A stretch of 64,000 nt of DNA, from the sequence record LC768500.1; one strand, written 5' to 3'. The number at the start of each line of letters is the position of its first letter. Position 1 is the first letter of the stretch. The position numbers and the translations under genes were made by a program. Under the pieces are notes generated by a model, which did not search any database, was not told where the DNA came from, and saw nothing but the letters and a program-made list of their open reading frames with translations. Positions 56,201 to 64,000 of this stretch are shown here, piece after piece.

Positions 56201-56673
56201 ACTATACCAAACTCATCGACGAGCTGGTTAACCTCAAAGAGAAGGGAGGTAGGATAGACCACGAAAACAACAAACACGATGACCTGGTTATCGCTTGGTT
56301 GTTGGGATTCTGGTTCTTGAAACTAGGTAACAACAAAAGTGAGTACGGAATTCCTCCAGGCATTAGTTTGAGTAAAATCAGCTTAATGCGTGTTGGGGAC
56401 GATAAGAATGAGGAAACCAACAGTGCGCACAATGAAGCGATGGTTGCACTCTATCGTCGTAAAGTTGAAGAGCTGAGTGACAGACTTATTAAAACCACCG
56501 ACAATACCGTAGCTCAAAGGATCGAGTACATGATTGACAAACTCAGCAGCATGATCCCTCAGGATAAGCGTAAGAGTTTGACCATCGATGAAATCGTTAG
56601 GAAAGCCAAGGAAGAAAGAGGCCGTCGAGTATTGGAAGCACGTAAGTTACGCAGTCGTTACGTGTATATCTAA
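53275..56673 (+). CDS. terL: Terminase large subunit containing an intein (782 aa after splicing)
   Basis: ECRENFWYFLRE, PRQFGK|T Walker A, MIDEPAY Walker B, VVGCDTS nuclease motif, HDDLVIAW. Confidence 0.93.
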   Translation: MFASKDELELHLAREKLAMIGATESQLPEYLLDDDTEALPIRTPEELLLAHYREDTLSAIKTVRFLKDFERYNAKPDLTTKNISFLKVAEIFRLMGIKNYYFCLQLNNPLLIGVDPYDPNLTDEQKFMILQECRENFWYFLREVLHLSGGIQFQANRANICFLWCYLCHVNTMLIIPRQFGKLSKLDSLVKIPNGWRRMGDIKINDVVSTPDGGTARVSGVYPQGVKSLYRVTFYDGRTADVGAEHYWTVWDPGKGDGGIWRTLTTLECQQRMTEMKKSHNYLSVPLVQPDNDPDKKLAIHPYVLGVLLGDGGISGSSVLITKPDKELYDKVCSLIPDTLVAEWCNEKTFVIKRRPDVEEKTNVMKDSLKSVDLMGLRSWEKFVPTDYLNGSYRQRLELLQGLLDTDGHAGTGGNIEYCTTSPKLAKDFVYLARSIGAICTCKERQTYYTDKGERKPGRVSYRISVRYTKPWELFTLSRKRDRLVDKTRGLKFNSRLTMRSIEYVGEEETQCIEVDHPDHLYIMDDFVVTHNTVSAQSIMFWLTYLTGKSYESHLITLKDDNRSQFVEALKGIRNNIPSYLTNVGWRDKDSGNSLTYSAFGDDKKNIFRISVPQIGREAARNVGRGLTIKTRMIDEPAYINFMEEILNGAGPSTLTARANARRIGEPYGTGFITTPASKTTASGEYMYNMLMDATEWRETFFDSFNESHLYQRLIKASPVEGITSPTVGMVFNYLQLGRNKDWVKKTIDELKLSLAEAKIDLLLMWDDASKGKLFDDLTREALNEGKRGILWSQEVGSTGLFIDWFITPEEHTQIITGNSQTFYVVGCDTSAAQNRDACTVVIRDVMDGKVIGVGRYPIAYLMDVGEVLQTILLEIKNSLLIIERNFAHHMIDQLLVSLPALGIDPFKRIFNQIVQDPVKYEKEMIEFKQRNFANRDSHFYLRFKHLFGFVTNAKTRDEVYSFIQEAVGTTGDKIYYTKLIDELVNLKEKGGRIDHENNKHDDLVIAWLLGFWFLKLGNNKSEYGIPPGISLSKISLMRVGDDKNEETNSAHNEAMVALYRRKVEELSDRLIKTTDNTVAQRIEYMIDKLSSMIPQDKRKSLTIDEIVRKAKEERGRRVLEARKLRSRYVYI
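53821..54870 (+). mobile_element. 350-aa class 3 intein with LAGLIDADG endonuclease
   Basis: Starts LSKLDSLVKIPNGW, block B HYW, LGVLLGDG and LQGLLDTDG, block F TQCIEV, ends VTHN|T. Confidence 0.92.
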
Positions 56674-56686
56674 ATTTTTATAAGTC

Positions 56687-56704
56687 TATATTACCATGAT
56701 GTAA
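56687..56704 (+). promoter_or_regulatory. Putative early (vRNAP) promoter TATATTACCATGATGTAA
   Basis: Contains TATATTAC; near-copy at 376-393. Confidence 0.6.
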
Positions 56705-56735
56705 ACCTCGTATAAACTTTTTAGGAGCTAACATC

Positions 56736-56951
56736 ATGAACAAGTTTAATGTTACCTTTATCCGTCACGACGATGCTCTGGTCGCTAACGTTCCTTGTGT
56801 CAACGAGGAAAAGGATGTGTTACTCGGAGGTGGGTTGGTCGATTCTCGTTTAGGTCATCTCGAAGTCGATATCAAAACGGGAACTCTCGTTCTCAGATCC
56901 AATTGCGCCAACGATTCACTTACGACGGAATGTCGCCTGCATTACATTTAA
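56736..56951 (+). CDS. Small hypothetical early protein
   Basis: 71 aa, AGGAG RBS, own promoter motif and terminator. Confidence 0.75.
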   Translation: MNKFNVTFIRHDDALVANVPCVNEEKDVLLGGGLVDSRLGHLEVDIKTGTLVLRSNCANDSLTTECRLHYI

Positions 56952-56954
56952 CAT

Positions 56955-56988
56955 TATACCCCTACGGCGTAATCGCCGTAGGGGTATA
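56955..56988. terminator. Bidirectional terminator
   Basis: 15-bp perfect stem TATACCCCTACGGCG-taat-CGCCGTAGGGGTATA. Confidence 0.85.
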
Positions 56989-56996
56989 GTTTTTAT

Positions 56997-57605
56997 TTAG
57001 TTTCTAATGTAATCCACCAACGCTTCAAAATCACCGTCGTAGAAATACGGCTTAATTTTGATTAAAGAACAAGCCGCAGACAAAGTGTTTTCGTAACGAT
57101 GAACGAATCGCTCAAAATACTCTCGGTTGAGAAGACGGGTTTCTTGATCATCTAAAGATACTCTTTTATTCCAAGCTCTATCTAAAAACGTATCATAATC
57201 GATTTTTACAAAGATAAGTTTATCGGGGTACATTTGGGTGTTGAATATTTTTAAAGCCTTTACGTTGCGTTCTATAACACTGTAAAGACCTATTCGACCA
57301 TTACCCTGATAAACCGCAGTAGAAATAAAACAGCGATCGGAGATAACTGTCTTCCCTTGATTTAAAGCAGGAACAACAACTTTATCTCCTAACTCTATTC
57401 GCTGAGCAATAGCGAGATAAAGTTTTGCTTCTTCACAAATCCCGTTATCGATAATGAGATTACGGATGGTTAACAAAGAGTCCGGAGACTTAGCCGGTTC
57501 TTCCACTTGAAGAACGTCGTAATTATCGGTCTTCAATCTCTCTGTTAGTTGTTTGGTTAAAGTTGACTTACCCGCTAAGTCCATGCCTTCGAGAACAATG
57601 TACAT
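56997..57605 (-). CDS. tmk: Thymidylate (dTMP) kinase
   Basis: IVLEGMDLAGKST P-loop, EEP, SDR..IS..VYQG, PDKLIFV. Confidence 0.93.
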   Translation of the reverse strand: MYIVLEGMDLAGKSTLTKQLTERLKTDNYDVLQVEEPAKSPDSLLTIRNLIIDNGICEEAKLYLAIAQRIELGDKVVVPALNQGKTVISDRCFISTAVYQGNGRIGLYSVIERNVKALKIFNTQMYPDKLIFVKIDYDTFLDRAWNKRVSLDDQETRLLNREYFERFVHRYENTLSAACSLIKIKPYFYDGDFEALVDYIRN

Positions 57606-57675
57606 AGTGAATTTCTCCTGTAGATTTTTATCACTATAACTTATTTATAACCGTTTTAATTTAGGAGTTAGTATC

Positions 57676-58017
57676 ATGGCTGAACACAAGAATACCTTAA
57701 ACGAAATAACAGGCGGAATGAAGCGAGGAGAGTTTTATTCTTTATCGGCGTCAACCCCTCCTGAAAAATCGGTCTTTCATAACACCTACAGTAATTCCGC
57801 TACACCTGAAAACAAAGTAGCGAGTATGAAACTTTTTATCTTCGATTATTACAACAATCTTAAACCGGATATGGTTTTCGCTTATAATCAAGAAGAAGCG
57901 ATCGCCATGATCAAAGAAGCGGTGATTACGGGTCAACCAGATAAATTTTATTCTTCGGTTAAAGAGATTGAAATTCCCGCAGATCCAGCTTACGTTCGTT
58001 ACAATTCCGGAGAATAA
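57676..58017 (+). CDS. Hypothetical protein with an N-terminal DnaB P-loop-like fragment
   Basis: LNEITGGMKRGEFYSLSASTPPEKSVF. Confidence 0.7.
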   Translation: MAEHKNTLNEITGGMKRGEFYSLSASTPPEKSVFHNTYSNSATPENKVASMKLFIFDYYNNLKPDMVFAYNQEEAIAMIKEAVITGQPDKFYSSVKEIEIPADPAYVRYNSGE

Positions 58018-58020
58018 AAA

Positions 58021-58947
58021 ATGGAAAAGAAAAAAGAACCATCTTTGTCTAAATCAGACTTGCCTGAAAATATGCTAAGAACTCCGTTTGATCTTGTTGA
58101 CGATTATCAAGAAAATAAAAAGGGTGTGGTTAAACTCGCCTTACCTAACGATCAACTCCCTACAGATGCGCTGGGTCGGACCCCTGACTTACGGTCGGAC
58201 GGTTCTCCTGCTTTTAGAAGAGAAGATCTTTTTAAAGGTTTACGGGCCGTCGAAATAGCACCTGTACCAGAAAAATCATCGGACTCCGGTAATGTGCAGC
58301 AACAAAGAATTGAACTTCTGATCAAAAAGATAGCAGAGATGTTCGATTGTTCTGAAGAACGGGCAGCTGGCATCGTAAAGGAAGCCCTGGCCCAAAGGAA
58401 TATAGACCAAACGCTAGACAGTATGTTTGATAACATTAGTAAATTTCAGGAAATCGGGGTTGTAAATGGAATGCCTCCAAAACTCATCCCTCCCGCCTCT
58501 GGTGTCATGTGGATCAATCTAGTAGATCCGGCGACCGGAGAACCTATTAAGAGAGAAGATCTCGTTAAAGCAATGCAAGACGTCGATCTGGAAGAGGCAT
58601 ATCCGGGTACTCGTAAAACAAATCCTGAGCTATACCGGACTTCACCTTATCCGACTCCCGAAGAGATGATTACTTCTCAGAACATCGGCATGGGTAAGTT
58701 GGTACACGTTACCGACAAATGGTTCTTCTATCGTCATCACCAATTCCACAGCATTCATCACAAACGTCGTAAAGCACACTTCGATGAAATCAGTCTTATG
58801 CTGATTCGTTTTAACTGGGTTCAGTACAAAGAAGCGCTGCATAAGAAGAAATATCATATCTTCGATAAGACCCCTCGGGCTAAGGCTGAACGTTTAGCAC
58901 TTAAACGTTCCAGAGAAAAGATTAAATCAACTTTGATGATTAGTTGA
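58021..58947 (+). CDS. Hypothetical protein with His/Lys/Arg-rich C-terminus
   Basis: 308-aa ORF, GGAG RBS. Confidence 0.8.
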   Translation: MEKKKEPSLSKSDLPENMLRTPFDLVDDYQENKKGVVKLALPNDQLPTDALGRTPDLRSDGSPAFRREDLFKGLRAVEIAPVPEKSSDSGNVQQQRIELLIKKIAEMFDCSEERAAGIVKEALAQRNIDQTLDSMFDNISKFQEIGVVNGMPPKLIPPASGVMWINLVDPATGEPIKREDLVKAMQDVDLEEAYPGTRKTNPELYRTSPYPTPEEMITSQNIGMGKLVHVTDKWFFYRHHQFHSIHHKRRKAHFDEISLMLIRFNWVQYKEALHKKKYHIFDKTPRAKAERLALKRSREKIKSTLMIS

Positions 58948-59255
58948 GGTTAGGCGTGGAGATTCCATTAGTAAGTTCAGGGGTTGGGATACACGATAGG
59001 TATTACGAGATAATCAGATATGGCTTTAACGAGTGTTTAAACGGATTGGATGACGAAAACAACCAAGCCAGTTACAAAGATTATCATGGCAATATTTTTA
59101 CGGCATCCCGATTGAGACCTAACAATAGCTCTAACTTTATTTATTCTTTCAGGGTAGGAGAACGAACCCTATTAACAGGTGTAACTGATCCAAGTGCGGT
59201 GGACTTAACGGAATACCGTAACCTTTTTAGGTTCATTAAAATCAAAGGTTATTGA
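58944..59255 (+). CDS. Hypothetical protein
   Basis: 103-aa ORF with overlapping start/stop on both sides; start codon uncertain. Confidence 0.6.
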   Translation: MRLGVEIPLVSSGVGIHDRYYEIIRYGFNECLNGLDDENNQASYKDYHGNIFTASRLRPNNSSNFIYSFRVGERTLLTGVTDPSAVDLTEYRNLFRFIKIKGY

Positions 59256-59257
59256 CG

Positions 59258-59689
59258 ATGAATGAACAAACCACTTATAAATCAGGTTATCTCCCCATCC
59301 AACTCGAAGGGTGCTCTAAAGAACAACTCATTGACATCAACGACCAGTTATTCAGCAGGCTTAAAGAACTTCGTAAAACCTATCTTCCGGGAGATTACGA
59401 AATCACCCTCATCACCGATATTCTGAAAGGCAAAGAACCCGAAAAGAATAGTTTCTTTTACAGTTTGGTCGGAACTCATACCACCCATCTGGGAGATCGT
59501 CTCGACTCAGAGTTTAAAATCAAATTAAATTCTGTGGCAATTTTCCCTTACTCTTGGGTTCTCAGGGGTCATAAAGCCAGAAACGATAAAGATCCCGAAA
59601 TTAAAAGATTGAAGAAACACCTCTTTCGTATTTATAAACACAATCTTCATAAGCGGTCTAAATTCCATAAATTAAGGAAAGGTCAATGA
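59258..59689 (+). CDS. Hypothetical protein with basic tail
   Basis: AAGGT RBS favours ATG 59258. Confidence 0.7.
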   Translation: MNEQTTYKSGYLPIQLEGCSKEQLIDINDQLFSRLKELRKTYLPGDYEITLITDILKGKEPEKNSFFYSLVGTHTTHLGDRLDSEFKIKLNSVAIFPYSWVLRGHKARNDKDPEIKRLKKHLFRIYKHNLHKRSKFHKLRKGQ

Positions 59690-60006
59690 GAGCTTGTAAG
59701 CAACCCTTTACGATACATCGATACCCTAGTGTCGATAAGTTAATAAGCGAACCCGGGAACAAATCTCTGCTGTTATTGAGTTTCTTCAACTTAGAGATCA
59801 AAATCAAGAACGCAGAGCTTAGGGCCGTTAACAATCCATTTCCAGGAGATGTTTTCTTTACTGAGGAAGTCGGTAACGATAAAATTCTCTTAGTTGTCCG
59901 GTTTAACCTCGGTACCGGGGAACGTTACTACCAACTCAATAATCTGGAATGGGTTGTTTGCACTAACTCTCTCACCGTGAGAGAACTCACTTTACTTTTA
60001 GGATAA
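59686..60006 (+). CDS. Hypothetical protein
   Basis: ATGA coupling. Confidence 0.7.
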   Translation: MRACKQPFTIHRYPSVDKLISEPGNKSLLLLSFFNLEIKIKNAELRAVNNPFPGDVFFTEEVGNDKILLVVRFNLGTGERYYQLNNLEWVVCTNSLTVRELTLLLG

Positions 60007-60011
60007 TCATT

Positions 60012-60518
60012 ATGAACGATATTTTTGTTGTTGGTAAAGCAGAACAATCTGTTATTGATAAAGCACGCGCCTACAATAACCTCGTCAATGAAACCGATTT
60101 CGGAGACGGTAAAATCAAAACGGTTAACGAAGCTATCGTGCAGCGTCTGCTCTGTGAAGCAGAGGAGCTCGGTTTAGATATCGATCAAGAGCCGTTTGCT
60201 TCTCTGGGGAATCGCCAATTCACATTCTACCGCGTCCCGGAAGACGCTCATCTCATTCCATGGCATAACCATGTTTTCAACATCTGTCAAGTGGAAGACA
60301 AACTTCAGGCACGTGACGCTAAAATCGTCGCGATGACATTGAACGGATTTGACTACCAGATCGAGGTTGATTCGGAACGAGGAACTCGTACCTACTACCT
60401 TAACGGTCAACGTATTTGCGATTGCACCGGTACTCCGACGTTACAAGATTTCAAAGATCTCTTCTCCGAAGAACGTCGTCGTTATTTCCAGCGATTAGAG
60501 CAGACCCTTCGGGGTTAG
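60012..60518 (+). CDS. Hypothetical protein
   Basis: 168-aa ORF, AGGA RBS. Confidence 0.75.
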   Translation: MNDIFVVGKAEQSVIDKARAYNNLVNETDFGDGKIKTVNEAIVQRLLCEAEELGLDIDQEPFASLGNRQFTFYRVPEDAHLIPWHNHVFNICQVEDKLQARDAKIVAMTLNGFDYQIEVDSERGTRTYYLNGQRICDCTGTPTLQDFKDLFSEERRRYFQRLEQTLRG

Positions 60519-60526
60519 GAGTTGAG

Positions 60527-61021
60527 ATGGATAAGAAAGGTCAAGGTTCTCTTTACGGTAAACTCTCCTTTTTGGGTTTTCGCACCGGTGAAAACCCAAA
60601 GGAAGGTTTCGATCTCCTAGATTTCGTATGGGGGGGGGTGACACCCGGTGAACTTTCCAATTCCGAAGTAATGGGGGTGTATTTAGATCCGTTCTCGCTT
60701 AAAGTAGAGAAAGTGGTGCTGAAGACGGGCGAAGAGGTAATGACGGCCGGTTGTACTCTAAACTACTCGGGTATAGCCGCTAATCACACAAGTCATATCT
60801 ACCATGTCCGGGCGGAGGTCTATGGAAGGGGTAATTGCAACTTCGGATTAATTTATGATCACGAAACTGAGAAACTCCATTTCATTGAACGCAGTGATAT
60901 TGACATCAAAGAAAGTGAGGAGCTTCAACACACAACTATTGAAAAACTCATACTTTCTTACGACGTGGTAAAATTCGAAGGTAGTCCGCAAGAATACATC
61001 GAATTTATGAAAACCCGTTAA
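60527..61021 (+). CDS. Hypothetical protein
   Basis: AGGAG at 60517-21 favours ATG 60527. Confidence 0.75.
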   Translation: MDKKGQGSLYGKLSFLGFRTGENPKEGFDLLDFVWGGVTPGELSNSEVMGVYLDPFSLKVEKVVLKTGEEVMTAGCTLNYSGIAANHTSHIYHVRAEVYGRGNCNFGLIYDHETEKLHFIERSDIDIKESEELQHTTIEKLILSYDVVKFEGSPQEYIEFMKTR

Positions 61022-61028
61022 AACCAAC

Positions 61029-61063
61029 TATACCCTCCTCCCCGATAAGGGGAGGAGAGTATA
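61029..61063. terminator. Bidirectional terminator
   Basis: TATACCCTCCTCCCC-gataa-GGGGAGGAGAGTATA plus long T-run. Confidence 0.8.
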
Positions 61064-61080
61064 ACTTATTTTTTTTTTTC

Positions 61081-62571
61081 TTACCGGTAGGCGTCTTTAG
61101 TCAGCGTTCGTAAAACGATATACAGCATCAGACTCGTTCTTAATGAACTTACTGTAATTCGGGTTTTTATCCCCGTCAGTTGTCTGACAATGTCATCGCC
61201 TTCATCTCGCATCTTAAAGACACTTTGGTTTTGACTACGGCTACTGAGGTACGCGCCCCGCATTCGACGTAACACTTCTCTCAGGTCGTTAGCCCGAATG
61301 CCGTTTTCCGTTAAGTATTCGAACAGGTGGGTGGTAACTTCGTCGACGAACTCTCTGTACTTAGCTCCCTTCGGCGAGTTATACTGATCGGGGAATACCC
61401 GGATAATTCGCTCCAGTTTATCCCTGGGAGAGTTGTCAATGGCTTCCGCAGCGTAACCTACCAGCTCGTCCTTGTAAAAGCCCGCAGAAGAACTGAGGAC
61501 GTTTTGGATGTAGTTTTTATACTGAGTAACGTTCTTCGTCACCTCTCGTACACTCACTCCATCTTCCAGCGTGACCATCCCGCCGTCCAATCTGACGATA
61601 TTCGTTTTCGATTTCACTTCATGGAAAACTTTGTTAATGTCGTTGATCACGCCTCTGAGTCGATCCTGGATATCACCGACCATGTAAATGATTTTCTTAT
61701 CATCATCCATGGTGGTAAACGTTTTATAGTGAATCCCTGTTTTGGGATCTAAAATAAACTCGGCTCTAGCTCGAATTAACGCCATCCAACTACCGTAACG
61801 TTTGATATCATAACGCATACTTAAACGGTTATAGGTTTCCATGGCGATCTCTTTCTTCGCCAGGTACTTATAATCGTTCGCCATAATACTCGTCAAACAT
61901 TTGTAATGGTACATCGCTAAGATGTTAACCATCGCATTGTGTTTAACGCGATCATGGAGATCGCTATGAAACGTCCGGTACAGCAGGTAAACGATGCTTA
62001 GGTTAAATACGTCACCGGTCACTTTCCAGGTCGCATTGATCAGTTTACAGGCGTGGAGGTTTTCTCGTAATTCTTCTTCGTCGACATCGAAGATTTCAGT
62101 GAACCAGCGATTTCTGTCTTCTGATGTGAAAACGATTCGGTGGATACCCAAATAGGGATTTCCGAAGAATTCCACGTACTGTTCGTTCTTGGTGGTAAAC
62201 CCAATGACATACCGAGTTAATCTATCGGCCCAACGGTTATCGATTTCTAAATCGTGTCCGAATGCGTTAAACACACCGAGTATCGCGTGATCGGTATTGA
62301 AATTGTAGTTGGGCAGCAGGGCTTCAAAACCAGATATCCCAAATGTTTTTTGAAGGAGTTTTTCGATTCCCTTGTCGGGAGTAATCTCTTCGAACATTTT
62401 GACTTCAGGTTCGGCGTCGTACATCCCGTCTTCGACCAACATCGGATCGCCGCTTAAAATCCCGCTAGGATCAAATACAGGCAGTCCAGAAAGTTTATCG
62501 AACCATTGACGGTCGTCATTCTGAAAATAGCTCTCAGAGCCATTGAGACGATCTGCGTACTGATTAAACAT
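61081..62571 (-). CDS. Conserved jumbo-phage hypothetical protein
   Basis: 496 aa, GGAG RBS; N-terminal GSE/GFE motifs. Confidence 0.75.
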   Translation of the reverse strand: MFNQYADRLNGSESYFQNDDRQWFDKLSGLPVFDPSGILSGDPMLVEDGMYDAEPEVKMFEEITPDKGIEKLLQKTFGISGFEALLPNYNFNTDHAILGVFNAFGHDLEIDNRWADRLTRYVIGFTTKNEQYVEFFGNPYLGIHRIVFTSEDRNRWFTEIFDVDEEELRENLHACKLINATWKVTGDVFNLSIVYLLYRTFHSDLHDRVKHNAMVNILAMYHYKCLTSIMANDYKYLAKKEIAMETYNRLSMRYDIKRYGSWMALIRARAEFILDPKTGIHYKTFTTMDDDKKIIYMVGDIQDRLRGVINDINKVFHEVKSKTNIVRLDGGMVTLEDGVSVREVTKNVTQYKNYIQNVLSSSAGFYKDELVGYAAEAIDNSPRDKLERIIRVFPDQYNSPKGAKYREFVDEVTTHLFEYLTENGIRANDLREVLRRMRGAYLSSRSQNQSVFKMRDEGDDIVRQLTGIKTRITVSSLRTSLMLYIVLRTLTKDAYR

Positions 62572-62579
62572 ATCGTCTC

Positions 62580-63425
62580 CTAGATCCGACTCGGGACTGA
62601 ATTTCTGATGGCGTTGTATCTCCGATCCGGGTCAGAATACGTCATGAGTTTTATCCAGCGAGTTTTAAACAATTCTTCGTACTGGTTAAGACTATCACGG
62701 TATTCGGCGATGTCGTCACGGATGATATCAACTTGAACCCCAGAACGCGCCACGCCTTCGTCGACTTTGTATCGAACGGTTTTCCAGATATAATTCTTGG
62801 TCATCAGGATAACCAAGTCGGCGAATACGTCGTAGGCTCTTGGATGGATCGTCGATAACCCATCGTCGTAACTCAGGATAAGTTTACCTGTCAGGGAGAA
62901 CACCCCACTCGGCGCCCCATGAATTACAAACGAGTTATTCCCGACGAGGGTTATGTTCGTGAACGTCTGGGGGATTTCTCGGTTGGGTAGCATCCCGTTG
63001 ATCATGGAGTTCAATGCGTCGTTGACAGTACCTACCCCACAGGAGTCGGCGTTGCCAAGCACGCTCATGATTCCGCTGGAGGAATTCATCGCCCCCTGGT
63101 AAACTTCCACAACCGAAATAATTTTCCGACCACCCGTCAAGAAATCTGGAACGTTCACCAGTTCCATTCCCTGTCCGAGATGTTCGATCCGTGATCCGGT
63201 TAAATCAATCAGTTCGGTTACCCCACCCTGGACGTTGCACCGGGGTAGGATGATCGCATGTATAATTTTTTCTCGAATACCTTGCTGAACGGTGGTCTGC
63301 GCGTACTGGTTATACCAGTTCCCGGTCAGATTCCCGTTAGGGTTCGAGAACGCAAGCTCCAACAGGTACTCAGGGATGTCACTCCCGTTGAGAACTTTGT
63401 TGATCGCGTAGTCCACGCAGTTCAT
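62580..63425 (-). CDS. Conserved jumbo-phage hypothetical protein
   Basis: GGAG RBS favours ATG 63425 (MNCVDYAINKV); 8-nt gap to the next gene. Confidence 0.75.
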   Translation of the reverse strand: MNCVDYAINKVLNGSDIPEYLLELAFSNPNGNLTGNWYNQYAQTTVQQGIREKIIHAIILPRCNVQGGVTELIDLTGSRIEHLGQGMELVNVPDFLTGGRKIISVVEVYQGAMNSSSGIMSVLGNADSCGVGTVNDALNSMINGMLPNREIPQTFTNITLVGNNSFVIHGAPSGVFSLTGKLILSYDDGLSTIHPRAYDVFADLVILMTKNYIWKTVRYKVDEGVARSGVQVDIIRDDIAEYRDSLNQYEELFKTRWIKLMTYSDPDRRYNAIRNSVPSRI

Positions 63426-63961
63426 AATCAACTCCCACACTGAGTTTCGGGACTGGAGAAATTTCCGTCTCGATAAAAAATTCAACTGAGAATTTTTACT
63501 CTGGGGTTTTCGGCGGTTATAATATTCCACTGCGGGAATTTAAAAACTCATCGGGTTTATGATCCCGTATGTTTTTGAGTTTTATTTCCCGTATAAAATA
63601 CTCCGTGCCGTAAGATAACACCCCACAGAAAAAACCTCGCCTTCGGAACATTTCCTCGAAGGCGAGTTGCCATGATCTCACTCGAGCAAGAATCAATCCG
63701 ACATACAATCCCAAGCGTTCCAAATATTTTCCATCGGGATTTTGGTTATCTGTAAATTTTTACACATGAATCTATTTTATATTAATATTTTTCGCGTGCG
63801 CGGATATTCTAAATTTTCAAAGATAATCTAAAACCGATTCCAGTTCTGGGTTTTTATTTTTCTGTGTTTTGATTTTCCAAATCCAATTTTCAAAAATCTA
63901 AATCTAAAAAATCTAAAAAATTTAATACTCAAAAAAATCAATTTTTCCTAGGGGTCCTTAT

Positions 63962-63987
63962 TACGCGTGCGTACGCCCGCACGCGTA
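63962..63987. repeat. GC-rich inverted repeat in the AT-rich terminal non-coding region
   Basis: TACGCGTGCG-tacgcc-CGCACGCGTA; CGCGTGCG also at 63793-63800. Confidence 0.8.
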
Positions 63988-64000
63988 TAAAAAATAAATA

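Noticed and set aside
1457-61063. CRISPR array or tRNA interpretation of the repeated hairpins
   Set aside because: Hairpins are dispersed singly at gene ends with no spacer periodicity; no cloverleaf or T-loop consensus found by eye
63517-63723. 68-aa minus-strand ORF in the terminal region
   Set aside because: Low-complexity, atypical composition and no convincing RBS; treated as non-coding
1-64000. Chimallin, PhuZ, major capsid, portal, nvRNAP, nrdA/nrdB, reverse transcriptase/DGR
   Set aside because: No supporting motifs in this window; nucleus formation is inferred only from phage-group affiliation

Overview
A 64-kb segment of a phiKZ/SPN3US-like jumbo myophage (Chimalliviridae-type gene order; a gammaproteobacterial host is inferred, not shown). 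It runs from a truncated thymidine kinase through an SF2 helicase, an RNase H-like gene, UvsX/RecA, three split virion RNA polymerase (vRNAP) genes, the tape measure with a C-terminal GH19 lysozyme domain, an endolysin, the prohead protease, tail tube and sheath, baseplate-region genes, large terminase and thymidylate kinase. It ends in a non-coding, A-tract-rich stretch. Three self-splicing elements sit in essential motifs: an ORF-less group I intron splitting the vRNAP beta' catalytic DFD|GD motif (31146-31525), an HNH-encoding group I intron in vRNAP beta (34844-36277), and a class-3 LAGLIDADG intein starting with Leu in the TerL Walker A motif (53821-54870). Two further HNH endonucleases are free-standing. 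The most unusual items are a 46-aa microprotein ending in the ribonucleotide-reductase alpha redox tail (CEGGACKI), a T4 gp16-like small-terminase candidate far from TerL, a three-way-junction RNA leader, a DnaB P-loop-like fragment, and an apparently inactive RNase H. No tRNA, rRNA or CRISPR array was seen. All homology calls are from motif recognition and memory; no searches were run.
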